Source of the DNA: Isurus oxyrinchus
Taxonomy: Eukaryota
Direction of reading: 5' to 3'
Length of the DNA: 64,000 bases
Assembly: GCA_026770705.1 (NCBI GenBank)
Contig: JANJGN010000146.1
Span: 992,001-1,056,000, forward strand
Position numbers and translations under genes: made by a program. Below the pieces are notes generated by a model. It searched no databases and was not told where the DNA came from. It worked only from the letters and a program-made list of their open reading frames with translations. Of the stretch, positions 1 to 12,974 are shown piece by piece. Positions within the stretch are counted from its first letter, which is position 1. The number at the start of each line of letters is the position of its first letter.

Positions 1-268
1 CAGGACAGTACCCTGAAGGAATGCTGCAGTGAAGTCCTAGCGCTGAGATGATCGACCCCCAACAAACACAACCATCATCCTTTCTGCTAGGTATGGTTCG
101 AAGCAGCAGAGATTTCCCCCCTGATTCCCATTGACTCCAGGTTTGCTAGGGGCCCTTGATGTCACACTCTGCCAAATGTTGCCTTGATGTCAAGGGCAGC
201 CGCTCTCACCTCCCCCCGGGAGTTCAGCAATTTTTTCCATGTTTGAAACAAAGCTGTAATGAGGTTAG
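1..268 (-). mobile_element. LINE reverse transcriptase fragment (HER1/CR1-group)
   Basis: RGEVRAAALDIKATFGRV resembles the RT motif LDxxxAFDxV. Confidence 0.7.
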
Positions 269-269
269 G

Positions 270-830
270 ATACAGCAATATAGCAAGTGAATAGGATAAT
301 AAATGGCATTCTTCCCTGTATTCGAGTAAGGAACTTTTGATAGAATTATGCATGCGATTGGTGAGAAAACATATCGATTAATGTGTACAGTTTTGGCCTT
401 CTTGCCTAAGGAAAAATATACTTAAGTAATCAATCAATCAATCAAATTTGACATGCATCTTCTTAAATTTAGAGGATGTGCGATTATCTCATCGTGTCAT
501 AGAAAATAATTTAGTGTCCTCATAGCATGGATGCTGAGAGAATGTTTCCCTTAGGTGGGGAGTCGAGAACTCGATCCCTGAGATAAGATGTTGGCCATTT
601 GGAATTGAGATGAAGAGAATCTTCTTCACTCAGAAAGTGAAGAAACGTCGGAATTATCAACTCTAGAGGGCTGTTGGTCGGTAGATTTTTGTGCTCTAAG
701 GCCATTAAGATAAATGTTGATAGTTTTGGATAGTAGAAGTCGAAGAACGGCCATGGGCTTAGTGAACATTAGAGTTGACCAAAGGGAAATATGGCTTGCT
801 CTTGCTCCTAGTTCTTGTATTCTGATGTAA
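270..830 (+). mobile_element. CR1 LINE 3' fragment, degraded
   Basis: Similar to the CR1 3' end seen at 12280-12960. Confidence 0.65.
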
Positions 831-1571
831 CAACTTCATTTCCCAACCATTGGCCCATTTAATTCCTGTCCCAAAACACAGACATTAGATCCATTGGTAA
901 ATTCTCTCCTGCTAGCCAGCCTGAATTATGGGTGCTGCCACTCTCTGCTGTTCCTTCGTGTTGGCCAGAATCCAACTCTGATTCAATCTCTAATTTATTT
1001 TCTTCAGTCTAGCGATCCATTTACCTCCCTGTTCTTTATTTCTTTTCGAGAGTCTATTTGTTACTGGGATACAGTCTAAGCATTCATTGTGCCTTTTGGC
1101 AAAGGCAATAATTATCAGGAAGGCACATTTGGACATCCTGATTTGAAATACAATTTCTGAATTCAAATCTGTATTTACTTCTTTACACAACCTTAATGTT
1201 CCACTCAAATGTCTTCTCAAAAATAAATGAACCATTTTCCTTCAGTACAAATCATAGCCCAACATATCGTTGTGACGCAGTTTGCAGCATGTTCATGGGA
1301 TATTGAGCAGGACTAGTAATGGGGTGAGTGATTTTCACTCCGAATTCCATGAATAATTTAGGGAAGTGGCGATGGGACCTGCTGCAGGATTTGGTTTCCT
1401 GCTACAACAGGATGGTGTTTAACTTGAAACACTCCCTCCAGCGTAAAGCTCAAACACTGGTAAAGTAATTAGATTCTGACCTTGGATAACTCTGTTCAAA
1501 TGTCACTCCATCAGTCTGTAACAGTCGCTCTAAGTTAAACAATAACTATCCTGCCTTTCTCTTCCTTACAG

Positions 1572-2473
1572 TGAACATACTGACTATTGTGACCCTGTCT
1601 CGGGGAAGGTGCGGTCTCTCAAAATGTGTTTCCCTTTACCTGGTGTCCATGGCAACCGCGGATCTACTGGTCGTTATCCTTGATCTCATATTCAGGCAAA
1701 TTGCTATTCTTTACTGGGCTCAGTTTCAGTTCATGTGGAGGTTTAAAGTGTGTAATATCCATGCAGTCCTGCTTTATGCAGCCACAGATTGTTCTGTCTG
1801 GTTCACAGTCTCTTTCACCTTTGATAGATTTCTGGCTATTGGTTCCCAGAAGTTGAAAACAAAATATTGCACCCAGCATACGGCGGCTGTGGTTCTCGGA
1901 ACAGTCAGTCTGCTATTCTGTGTGAAGGATACATTCTGGTACTTTATGTATGTAGGTCAATATTCACTTTCCAATGCTCCTTGGTTTTGCACATTAGTGA
2001 CGTATGCTGAATTCTCATCAATGTGGGCAGCAATCGAATGTCTTCATTATATTTTAACACCATTTGCGCCATTTGTTTTGATTTTGATGTTGAACGCTTT
2101 AACTGTCAGATATATTTTAGTGTCGAGCAGAGCCCGTAGGAGACTCCGGGCTCACTGCAGTGGGGAGAGACCCAGGGACCCACAGATGGAGAAACGCAGG
2201 AAATCCATCATTTTACTATTTGCTATATCGGGGAATTTTATCCTGTTGTGGGTAGTTTTTATGATACATTCTGTTTGTAATAGGCTATATATGTTAGATG
2301 TAATTCCTGTATACCTTCCTAGGTTTGTGCAGGAACTGGGATTTATATTTCAGCTCCTGAGTTGTTGCACTAACACGGCCATTTATGCAGTGACCCAGAC
2401 TCAATTCAGAAATGAGCTGAAGAATGTGGTGAAATATCCCTTTTCTGTAATTTTTAAATTTATTAAACAGTGA
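1572..2473 (+). CDS. GPR139/GPR142-like class A GPCR (paralog A), coding exon 2 (TM1 C-half to C-terminus); exon 1 not found in window
   Basis: Open 300-codon frame with rhodopsin-family motifs: MATADLL (TM2), FTFDRF (DRY-type), PWFC (ECL2), LTPFAPF (TM5), NTAIY (TM7). It is preceded by a polypyrimidine tract and acceptor ctcttccttacAG at 1570-1571, in phase 1 like the paralogs, so the GTG 'start' in the ORF track is really the splice junction. Confidence 0.9.
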
Positions 2474-3083
2474 CAAGAATATCCATTATCAATACGAGTT
2501 GACCCTGTTTTATTCCCAATCTCTTCACCTCGGTGATGAGCACAGCGTGAGGCCAGTTTTCATCTTTCACCGCCAGGATTCAATGACTAACAGAAACGGT
2601 GCATTTGGGAAGTAATTTACCTCAGTCCTGTTTGTCCTGCTGGTTTCCAGGCTATTCCAACTCTCCTGTTGTCCTTGGGCCTGGTGTGTGAAATTCCCAC
2701 CCACCAGGCTCGAGTTTCATGTCATTACCAAAAGGGGCTTTGGAGGATAAGGCCACTTGTGCAGGTTACAGTCCAGGGGCGGACATGCTGCAGTGTCTCC
2801 ACTATCCCAGGGAAACCTTGTTCAAAACATTTCGGACCAACCTGCAGATGGGAGGGTGGGTTTTAGAGGTTCGATGTCAATTATTTCAGCTTTTCAAAAT
2901 CTTTCTGTGATTTTATTCCAGTGTTTTTAGAGCTGAACAGTCACAGTATCTCGGAGTGGGACGTCTCCTCGTTTCAAATAAAGAATTATTTCCACTGCAC
3001 AAGTTATGTTCCAGTGAAATTCGTCAATTCAAATGTCCCCTGAACTCATCTGGAAAAATTATGTTCAGGAGAGGAGAGAGAGG

Positions 3084-3084
<1 letters not shown>

Positions 3085-3118
<34 letters not shown>
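3085..3118. repeat. Poly-G tract (34 nt)
   Basis: Direct reading. Confidence 0.95.
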
Positions 3119-3120
<2 letters not shown>

Positions 3121-3459
3121 ATGTGCTCGGAACTGAAATAAAAAACAGCAATGCTGGGAATAATCAGCAGCCCTCGCTACCTTTGTGTGGCGAGAAACAG
3201 ACTAATGCTTCAAGGGCTTCCATCAGTGTTGTGACACTCTTACGTGATCCAAAAGACTCCTGCTGCTGCAGCAGTAACTGAAGCATGTCATTTCAAAGTG
3301 TGAGGTGTGGGGTGAGGGGCGCCGGCGACCTAAGTGTGTGTTTTTTATTGTGGCTGTGGGGGTGGTGGGGGTGATGGAGTATAGAGTGAAATATCAAACT
3401 TTGTCAGCATCTGGCCAGTGGGGAAGTGGAAGGCTCACTACTTGAGAGCCAGCTGTTCA

Positions 3460-4420
3460 CAACATATGAATGATTTGGATATGAGCGCCAAATGTAATAT
3501 TTCCAAGTTCGAGGATGACACAAAGCTTGGTGGGAACGTGTATTGTGAGAAAGGTGAAAAACGGTTTCAAGGCGATTTGGACAGACTTGGTGAGGGGGTC
3601 AGAACAGGAAAGATGAAATTTAACGTGGAAGAATGCGAGGTTAACCAGCTTGGTAGGATTAACAGATGTGCAGATTATTTCATAAAACGTGAGAGCCTGG
3701 AAAATGTAGCTGTACAAGGGGGCCTGTGTACCCTCATCAATAAGTCTCTGAAACCTGGCATACATATGAAGCATTTAGGAAGGCGAATAGAATGTTAGCT
3801 TCTCTCACAAGTGGATTTGAATACAGCCATAGTGAATTCTCTTTTCCTTTGCATATAATCTTGGTTAGGCCACCCCTGGGGTACAATGTGCAGGTGTGGC
3901 CCCCTTACATTCGGAAGGGAGTCATTGTCATTGAGGGAGTGAATCGAAGGCTCACCAGATTTGCATCAGGGATGGCGTGACTGTCCTGTGAAGAAGGATT
4001 GGGGACACTGGACCTGTATTCTCCAGAGTTTCCAAAAATGAGGAAAAAGATCTCATTATAACAAACAAAACACCTGAATGGAAGAAAATGTAAATGAAGG
4101 TCAGATGTTTCCCCTGGTCGGGGAATCTAGAAACAGGGGACACAATTTCAAAATAAGGGTAAAGCCACTAGGGCTGACATGAGGAGAATTGTTTTTTACT
4201 CAGTGATTTGCGAATGTTTGTATTTCTGCATCCCGGAGAGCTGTCGAAGCACAATCATTGAGTATGTTTAAAGCAGAGAATGGCAGATTTCTAAATACCA
4301 AAGATATAAACGGTATGAGGATAGTGTGGGTGAAAGATGTTGAAGGAGATGATCATCCATGATCGCAATGAAAGGTGGGACAGGTTCGATGGGTTGAATG
4401 GCATTCTCCTGTTCCTCTGT
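3460..4420 (+). mobile_element. CR1 LINE RT/3' fragment
   Basis: ISKFEDDTKLGG (FADDTK motif), LVRPPLGYNVQVWPPYIRK and a typical 3' tail. Confidence 0.85.
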
Positions 4421-5209
4421 TCCGATGCGATAGGTTTGGATTTTTATTGCATTCTTTATTTGAATGGAGCATTGCAGACAAAGCCAGTGTTTATTTCCAT
4501 CCCTCATTTCCCTGGATAAGTTGTTGGTGGGGACGTTCTTGAAGAGAAGTTGTCCATCTGGTTTTGCTTGTCTGCAGCAGTTTGATATAACTCACGGTGT
4601 CCAGACTATTTCAGGACCAGCCACATTGTTGTGAGTCTGGAATCTCGTGGAGCAGCCAGAATGTGGGGAATTCCTGGAGATTACCAGAGATTTCATATTT
4701 AGACCGAAATCATCCCCATTCCTGAAAGGGTTTCAATTCCTGATTTTTTGACGGAAATTCAGCCAGTTGCTGTAACAGGGTTTGAACATTTCTTCAGTCT
4801 TTTTAGCTTATCCGCATTGTGACATTACCAATACACCAGGATCTCCCTGTGGGTGTGGAGGGGGCGGGGGCATAGCAGAGAATGCCTGGGATGATAATTA
4901 CAGCGCTGGACGAACAACAGAAGAAAGTATGGATCCGCCAAAACACTAATTGTCTGTTCTCACTGGGGAACGGTTGTTCAGCTCCTCCAGGAGCTAGAAG
5001 TGTGTTACTCACACATCCATTCTGCTGAAACAATAAGGACACCCAGTTCTCGTTGCACATTCCCCTCTCTCAATTTATAGCCATTCAGATAATAATCTGC
5101 CTTACTGTTTTATCCCCATTATATTGCATCAATAAGCCACTCCCAAATCCCATGTGCAATGACAGCGGTTAAAAAAAATGCAGCCATGAGAGGAGGGAAG
5201 TCCTGAACA

Positions 5210-5456
5210 GTAAAAGCTAAATATTGCGGTTTCTGGAAATCTAAAACTAAAAGAGAAACTGCTGCAAAACCTCAGCATGTCCAACATCACCTGTGGAGAT
5301 AAAGACAGGATTAACGTTTTGAGTCTTTATGACTTTTGTTCAGATAAGAAGACTCTGAAGTAGAATCATGCGGGCTCGAAACGTTAACCCTGTGGTTTTC
5401 TTCACAGATGCTTTATGAACTGTTGAGATTTTCCAACTTTTTCTGTTGTTGATTCA
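5210..5456. mobile_element. Hairpin (inverted-repeat) Penelope-terminus-derived element
   Basis: Left arm ...aaaacctcagcatgtccaacatcacctgtgg...ttaacgtttt mirrors right arm ...gaaacgttaacc...acagatgct...ttttctgttg. Confidence 0.7.
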
Positions 5457-5788
5457 GATGTCCTGACGGGCTTTGTGGTAGAGGAAGGGAGAGAGATTGG
5501 GAGAGAGACAGGGTTTAAGCAAAAACTCCACTCATTCATAAATATCATTCCGAGTCTTGAAGATGTGTAGGTAAGTTTTCTCTGCCTAACCCTTCCTTTA
5601 TTCAACAACATGGAACCTCGCGCCTGAACTCTGAGGAATTGGAGAAAAGTGGCGCAGTTTCAGATGGATGATATTGGAAGATAGCAGGATATGAAGAGAA
5701 ACTTCTGCTGTTATTCCCGTGATCGGGAGGCTCTGAAGTATCGTCTGACGAAACGATGAAGCAGGTAGAACGAAATCCCTGGGGTGAT

Positions 5789-5995
5789 AAATGCAAAATA
5801 CTGCGGATGCTGGAAATCTGAAACAAAAATAAAATTGCTGGAAAAACTCAGCAGGCCTGACAGCATCTGAGGAGAGAGCAACAGAGTTGACCTTTCGAGT
5901 TCAGCTGAAGAAGGGTCATAACGACTCGAGAATCTGTTTCTGCCTCTGCAGATTCTATCAGACCTGCTGATATTTCCAGCGTTTTCTGTTTTCAC
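5789..5995. mobile_element. Hairpin Penelope-terminus-derived element flanked by 12-bp direct repeat CCCTGGGGTGAT
   Basis: Inverted arms, with direct repeats at 5777-5788 and 5996-6007. Confidence 0.78.
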
Positions 5996-7417
5996 CCCTG
6001 GGGTGATGTCCAGCGAGTTCAGGGAGATGGTATCAGTAGGAATGAGCTGATCAGGAATACAGTTCATTATCAAAGCAGAAGGGAGAATGACAGCGCTAAT
6101 GGATTTAACAGAAAAGGTGGAAGTGGAGAGTCGGCCTGTGTTTACTGGAATAAGGACCATGTATATGCTGAACGGAAAGGGGTGTGGCAGGGCGAGGTGC
6201 AGGCTGCGTCTGTTTGTGTATTTAAGAGAAAATGGAAAGCCAGTGTCTCAGTATCCGATCGGCCCCAGGATCTGTGAACAAGCCCCATGTTTATGGTTAC
6301 TTGCAGCATAAAGTTGGACCCCATCTTTGAGTATTTTGACGGTTTTGAACCCCCCCCCCCCCCCACCCCGCACCCCCACCCCCCCCACCCCCGTATGTCC
6401 AATAGACCTAATGCTCTGTAATAATTTGCAGGATTTGTACTTAATAATACAGCAGTGCCAGACACGCCCCAGCCCCTGGAAACATCCCTTGGTTTGTGCT
6501 CCGTATTCTGCCTGTGTTATATATCTAGCCTGTGGCATCCCCACTTCAAAGTGTTTAATCGGACATTGCAGAGGGATCTTGAACAATTTTCTGACCATGA
6601 TTGCACCAACGGTGGGAGTGTTTGATGGGGTATTTTAAAGGAAGTTTTCTGCTCCAATTTCCTGTCCTATATCAGCCTCCGATGAAGCCGAACCCTACAG
6701 TTTAGAATTGCCAGACATGTGTCTGTGAGCGCCCAGAGTGAAGTCACCAAGGTGACTCTCCCTGTTCATTCATTCCACCTCGGGCAATAGCCAGAAACAG
6801 GCAGAGGTAAAGGTCTCCTTACACGGATGGGGCGATGGGTGTAAGCAGAACCCCGACAGGAATGGTAAAACGGGGAGAAATGTGTAACAGGGAAAATGCA
6901 GCGGTGTCGATGGGCCTTGGGGAAAGGAATTCAGCAAAGTCACAGTTAGTTCACTTTTCATTCCAGATTTATTAGCAATCTCAGAGAATATTTCACAGGA
7001 AATTTTATTTTAAAGTTAACAGAAGTGAATATAATGCCTGAGGTCACGTTGGGAACAGAACACATGCGCTCTGATTTGGTAAATTGTATGTACCACTGGA
7101 ACATAGATCAGAAAGAGAAAACTGTGGCTCAAAAGAAAGGGAAGGGGGTAATAACGAATAACGATAAAAACGTTACTTAATTACAATTCAAATCCTAACT
7201 CCAGAGAAATTAGATGCTACAATTACATTACAACCATTTTCATCTCACACCTTTCATACATGAAATCGGAAATACTGCTACAGGTTCGGTTACAGATTCG
7301 GGATCACAAAGTGAAGACATTTCACCTTTAGAATCACCAAGAGAACAGATTTTATATTGGAATAGAGAGACCTGAAAAAACAGCTGAGGAAAAGCTACGA
7401 GGTCCAAATTCAACCGA

Positions 7418-7426
7418 TCACTTGAT
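7418..7426 (-). pseudogene. IgH membrane exon TM2 coding part, copy 1 (IK-stop)
   Basis: tccttcttttacAG|ATC AAG TGA after a 140-nt intron. This gives a K-I-K tail equivalent to the IgM KVK tail; AATAAA follows at 6968-6973. Confidence 0.8.
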
Positions 7427-7566
7427 CTGTAAAAGAAGGAGACAATAATGAAGCAGATATTTATGATCAGGTGCATTTATGTTATTACTTTTAATTGTTG
7501 AAATGTTTAGAAAATTTTCAGACCGCTTCTGCCAGATTGTAGCATGAGTGGATTGAATCTTCTCAC

Positions 7567-7694
7567 CTTTACCAGAGTGACGGCAATGCTGTCGAAAATG
7601 CTCAGGAAGAACAGGACGATGAATGTTAGAGATTTTGTCCAGATGTTTCCGTTATCGTCCTCATAGCCTTCAATCCAGATGTGGTCTGTGGAAT
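7567..7694 (-). pseudogene. Orphan immunoglobulin heavy-chain membrane exon TM1, copy 1 (IgM-like)
   Basis: 128-nt exon tAG|...|GTgaga encoding (D)STDHIWIEGYEDDNGNIWTKSLTFIVLFFLSIFDSIAVTLVK. It has an acidic spacer plus the mIg TM signature (W-TASTF..LF.LS.FYS..VTL.K), here with TAS>KSL and Y>D. Confidence 0.85.
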
Positions 7695-9719
7695 CTACAC
7701 GGATATTACCGAGGGGTTGGCCAATGGGAACCTCAATTAATCTCAGCAAAAAAAAAATAACGACAAGAAATCAGATAATACATTAAAAATTATGTGATGT
7801 CAGAATAAAGCTGGAATTTATCCATGTGAAAGTACCTGTTATTACATAGAAACAGATAACACTCACGAGGAGAAAGATGGAAAGGCAAGGTGTCACGGCG
7901 ACGCCATTTCATCGGAACATTCACGTCTTCAGCATCCAGTGCCTTTTGTTATGTTTACGCCATTGCTTTTTTGACTTGTGTACGTTTGCCTACCATTTTA
8001 TAGCCGTTTATTTAATTGAGGATAAAATTATTAATATTTTATTTCAGTTTTGCGGTAGCTAAATGGATAACAAAGCTTAGCATTGCACTGCACAGATGGA
8101 GGCCAGTACACGCATTATTCCTGTTCCTGAAAGTGCTATTCCATTTGTCCGGTTCCAATGCTCTTTCTCATAGTAATTTATTTTCCTTTCTAAATAGTGA
8201 TTCGTTTTTGGAAGAAATATTATCCAGTCTGCTTCTACCACGTGTTCAGCTTGTGCATACACAGGTCACCATGAATAACTTATTTAAAAAGTCCAGATAT
8301 CCCCAGTGGTTTTTTAACCGCTCCCACCAAAATAAAACAAACAGAAAAGAAAAGCCGAGCGCAGGAATTGAATATAGTTATTACTACAGGTGCCAAGTAG
8401 GAGCGATAACCCATGGGGATAGCAACTTTAGCCACCATTTACCACAATGGACTTGAATGAGCTGATCTCAGTGCTGGGAAGTATAGTATAAAACATTTGC
8501 ATACCACGCTAATTTAGGAAGGGCTGAGGTTTTGCTTATGCTAAGGATAAATGTGACCAAATACAAGAATATCAAAAACTCGTGAGGATAAATGACAAAG
8601 TAATTTGATTCTGAACAAGATTGAAGTGGTGTAATTTGGTAGGAAGATTAAGCCGAGGAAATCTACTGGTTGGAAATTATTATCTTAAATGAGATTAAGA
8701 CTCGGGGTCATCCAGAATGGTCGTGCTTCAAAAATCAAGGAATTCCCATTGAGATAAATGCCGCAACATTTGCAGATGATTGGGAAATTTCAACTGATTA
8801 AATGTTCCAAGATAAATTTTTCACGAATATGTCCACTGAATAGTCCACGCATGTTGACTGAAAGTCCAATCAGCACGTCCATAAAACTCCCCTAACACTT
8901 TTCAGTTTCGTTGATAGCTCATCGACCTGAAACAGTTAACTGTTTTTTTGTTCTCAATCCCGAGATGTTATCCAGCCGAGGAAATGTGTCCAGCATTTCC
9001 TCGTGCATATAGAAACACTCTCCGAAGAGAGCACAATAAATTGATACTGTATTTTTTTCATGTTATTGGTGTGGAATATTGAGACAGACAAGTTTTCAAT
9101 CATCAGTAATTGCGACCCAGAAATATATTCTTTTACTGTTAGTAGAGAAGTGGGAATAGGCGAATTTCGTGCAGATATTTAAAACATCTCCATGGATTAA
9201 AAAAATGACTTTTTTTATAGAGCGTGTCAGAGAATCGTTGTGACTCAGGTCACATTGCGATCAACATGGTTGATGAACAGCTGTCCAAAATTCAATTCTG
9301 ATTCGTCGACCTAAGTGGCCACTTAAATTTAATCGAGCTTCCTTATGCAAATACGTAAGCAACCTGCAGGGTGCCGCACACAAATCAAAGAGAAAGCCCT
9401 GACTATTAAAGAGTGGTTGGTGCTCCAGAAAAGCAGATGCAAATTTGATCCAGGAAAGTACAAAGTAATGAGTTTGATGTTCAGAGTGTGTAATGCTGTG
9501 CAACCGTTGCTGCAAATAAAGCCATGGAACAGAAGGATGTAAAGTTATCTCAATATATAGTCGATATATGTTCATGAAAGGGAGTCTGTATCATTAAACT
9601 TCACTAGGTAGGGTCCATTTAATAGATGTGATACCCTTGGCTTTTTTAGTCCTTGTACGTAGTTCATCAAGGAATCAGTTGCTGGAATCAGTGGATATAT
9701 TTTTCAAGGGGTTACTAGC

Positions 9720-10640
9720 ATGTTGATGCATAGTGCCTATAAGGCATGGATACAGAGATGAATTGGCCTGAGGGGCTGTTAAAGTGGATATCCTACAGTC
9801 TCCTTATTTGAACCTTTTTTTTAATGCCGTTAATAATTACCCGAAGCTCGATGACACAACAACAATGGCCGAATTTGTGGAGGAAACAAAGCTGTTGAAG
9901 ATGGTCGACTGCAAAACCTGAAGAAGATAAGCTGTAGGAAGATGTTTGGAATTGGAGAGACAGACATTATTTGCACTTCAACAGAGAGAGATGGTAAAAA
10001 AAAATGCCACATGTCGACCAGAAATACAGTGAGCCTTTCTTCGGTCACCAGGAACTGTGGGAATCGATTGTTAAGAATTCTGAACAACTCATTAATAGAT
10101 TTATGCTATGATTGGGGAGGATCTTCATGGGTTATGATAGTGACATCGTTTTTGCCCCCTTTTAGATACCAGTTGATGTCATAGACTTGGACTTCGAACT
10201 TAAATCCCTCAAGATTCCACACAAAGGTTAGTTCGTAAGATGATAACTCATGGGTTTGAAGCGAATACATTAGCATGAGTAGAAGATCGGTCAATGTCGA
10301 GGAAGCAAATAATACGGTTTACTGGGCACTTTCAGGCTGGCAGGCTGTCACCAGTGGAGTGCCGCAACTTTCAATGATGGCCTCAGCTACAATTTGCATT
10401 AATCACTTCGGAAAAGACCTGGAAAATAATTGAGTTGCTGACGATTCAATGCTAGGTGCGGGTGCAAGCTGTGAGGTGAACACAAGGAGGCTGAAAGTTG
10501 ATGTCGAAAGCTTAAGGGAGAGGGCAACAGATGGACTTCCTATCGGAGCACAAAGTGCACAAATGTGAAGTTGTGCACTTTGGCGGTAAGAAAGGGAAAT
10601 ATAATGTTTCTAAATGGCGTAAATCATCCAAATGTTGCTG
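9720..10640 (+). mobile_element. Degraded CR1 LINE RT fragments
   Basis: Remnants such as ggctggcaggctgtcaccagtggagtgccgca (WxxVTSGVPQ) and KCEVVHFG. Confidence 0.65.
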
Positions 10641-10724
10641 CTCAATGAACCTCGAAACGGGCAAAGTACAGAACATATCCAACCGGCCGGGCCATGCTGG
10701 TAAAGCTCAAATTACAGTGTTCAA

Positions 10725-11180
10725 CATTGGATGCGATTCCAGAACTCGAGAACATTTGTTAAAAAAAATGAATTGCACTAAGAATAACGCTGACAACCAA
10801 TTTAGATTATCATTTGGGCTTGCAGAATGTTGCATTTGCATGTATTTGGACGCTGCATATTTTAATACACAGGGCCCTGTTCTTTGCAAGCAGAAAAGAC
10901 ATGCACACACATTGTGCCTGGTTCAGCTAAACACAATAAGTGACAGCCATTCGCTGACTCATTCCTCAAGGCAATGCATTGACTAATCAAGGCCAAGCTG
11001 CCTAGCTAAAATTTCAAACAAAGCTTGGGAGTTAACTTTCAGTCGCCATAATTGGTGCATTCTCCATGACAATTCCTCTGCTGGAGTCCACTTGCCAAGC
11101 AATCAGCACTCTCTTCACATGCAGTATAAATTGCTGTTTTCCTCTTACATCGGTATTCTTAAAAAGTGACCTTACGAGTC
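10725..11180 (+). mobile_element. Penelope-like element 3' end (GIY-YIG C-terminus)
   Basis: CDSRTREHLL...NNADNQF...LDAAYFNTQGPVLCKQK resembles the Penelope endonuclease C-terminus. Confidence 0.65.
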
Positions 11181-11184
11181 AAAA

Positions 11185-12960
11185 AATGTTTCTAATTGGA
11201 AGAAGATTTCGCCAGGAGTTGGTGTCAGCACCCTTTTTCTGGATATATATAATGGCTTTGACTTGGGTGTACGTGACATAATTTCAAAGCTTACAGATGT
11301 GACAAAACTTGGAAATATTGCAAACCAATGTGACGAGGGTGCTGAACTTCCAAAAGCCATAGACAGATTTATAACATGGACATACAAGTTGGTAGATTAA
11401 CTTTAACGTAGCTATCTGTCAAGTGGATCATCTTTGAATGAAGAATAAGGATAAGAAAACTCGATTAAAGGATATGATGGTAATGGGATTGCAGGAGCAA
11501 AATACATGTCCCATATGTTTATAAATCGGCATACAGGATGTTTGATTCTATAAGTAGCAACCTAGGATAAAAACACAAGAACGTTTTGGCTCAGCTGGAG
11601 CATTTGAGTCCAGTTCTGGGAAGAACATTTTGCAAGGAATTTATAGCTTTCGAAATAATGACAGGGATGAGGAACATCTGTTACAAGTTAAAAACAAAAA
11701 CAGAATTACCTGGAAAAACTCAGCAGGTCTGGCAGCATCGGCGGAGAAGAAAAGAGTTGACGTTTCGAGTCCTCATGACCCTTCGACAGAACTTGAGGGA
11801 ACTTGACAGAACTTATTGCACAAGTTAAGAGCCCGTGGTATTGAGAGAAATGTAGTAGCATGGATTGAGGATTGGATAACAGAGAGGAGACAAAGAGTCT
11901 GGATTAATGGGTCCTTTTCAGAAGCGTTGGAAAGACGCAACAAATGGAGTGCCACAGTATCAGTCCTAGCACCTCAACTATTTATTAGCTATTGCAATGA
12001 CTTGGAGGAGCGGACAGAGTGTGATGTATCCAAATTTGCTGATGCTACAGCAATAGGTGAGAAGACATGTTGTGAAAGGACATAAGGAATGTAAAAGGTG
12101 TTGTAGATAGGTTGAGTGAGTGAGCAAAAACACTTGGCAGATGGAGTTTAATGCTGGAAAGTGTGAGGTCATTCACTTTTGTAGGAAGAATCAAAAGACA
12201 GACTATTATCAAAATGGAGAGAGACTTCAAAAACGTGCAGGCTCTGATTGTTCCTGTGTACGAAGCACAAAACGTTAACATGCAAATGTAACAAGTAATT
12301 AAGAAGGCAAATGGCATTTTGGTCTGTGTTGCTAGGGGGTTACAGTTTAAAAAATAGAGAGGTCTTGTTACAAATATGCAGGATTCGGTGGGGCCCCACC
12401 TGGAGTGCTGTGAACGCTTTCGGCCCCTGTATTTAAGAATTGATATATTGGCATCAGATGCAGTTCAAAGGGGATTCGTTAGGCTGATTCTTGGGATGAT
12501 GGAGTTGACTTATCAGGAACGACTAAACACATTAGGACTTTATTTATTAGCCATTCGAAGAATGAGGAATGATCTTATTGAGACGAACAGAATCCTGAGG
12601 GGAGGGGTTGCTTGACAGGTAGATGTTGAGAAAATGTTCGCTTTAGTGGGGGAATCTCGAGCAAGGGGACATAGTTACATAATAAGGGGCCACACATACA
12701 AAATGAGTTGCGAAGGAATATCTTCCCTCTGAGAGTATTGAATGTCTGGAATTCTCTACCCCAGAGAGTTGTGGAGGCTTGATCTCTGAAGGTATTTAAA
12801 GAAGAGATGGATAGATTTTTGAAATATCGTGAGTTGAGCTTCATGATGAGCTGTCAGTAAAGAGGATTTGAGGCCTGGTGCAGATCAGCCATGATGTTAT
12901 TGAATGGCGGGGCAGGCTTGAGCGGCCTAATGGCTTACTGCTGTTGCAATTTCTTATCAT
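11185..12960 (+). mobile_element. CR1 LINE fragments (two pieces) separated by a Penelope terminal fragment at 11688-11791
   Basis: LHKLRARGI...WIEDWITERRQRV, SKFADAT and PHLECCERFRP. Confidence 0.85.
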
Positions 12961-12974
12961 CACTTAGCTATTAC

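Larger units (their letters stand above)
5170..7715. repeat. Segmental duplicon carrying IgH TM exons and ~2.2 kb of 3' flank (paralogous to 58270-60800 and, more weakly, 46350-47650)
   Basis: Colinear similarity visible throughout, including the same two hairpin insertions as in 58297-59060. Confidence 0.85.

Noticed and set aside
272-353. Minus-strand MHNSIKSSLL...AIYYPI looks like a GPCR exon 1
   Set aside because: The same bases align on the plus strand to a CR1 3' segment (compare 12285-12400), a 16-nt insertion would be needed, and there is no donor or promoter. Coincidence.
1412-1465. ATG...ACACTG|GTAAAG as candidate exon 1 of paralog A
   Set aside because: Wrong phase (0 instead of 1) and no YYPxxAxxG similarity.
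3033-3281. Gly-rich ORFs over the poly-G tract, and Pro/His-rich ORFs at 43906-44534, 48651-48986 and 63002-63446
   Set aside because: Artefacts of low-complexity sequence.
6327-6638. Similar Cys-rich ORFs at 6327-6638, 46386-46616 and 59306-59719
   Set aside because: The similarity is explained by the segmental duplication. Reading frames shift between copies and there is no common start.
6770-6961. Recurrent ORF MKSELT..LLNSF..GPST.LHFP (also 46662-46901 and 59853-60068)
   Set aside because: It lies just past the Ig polyA signal within the duplicon, and indels change the C-terminal frame. Treated as non-coding paralogy.
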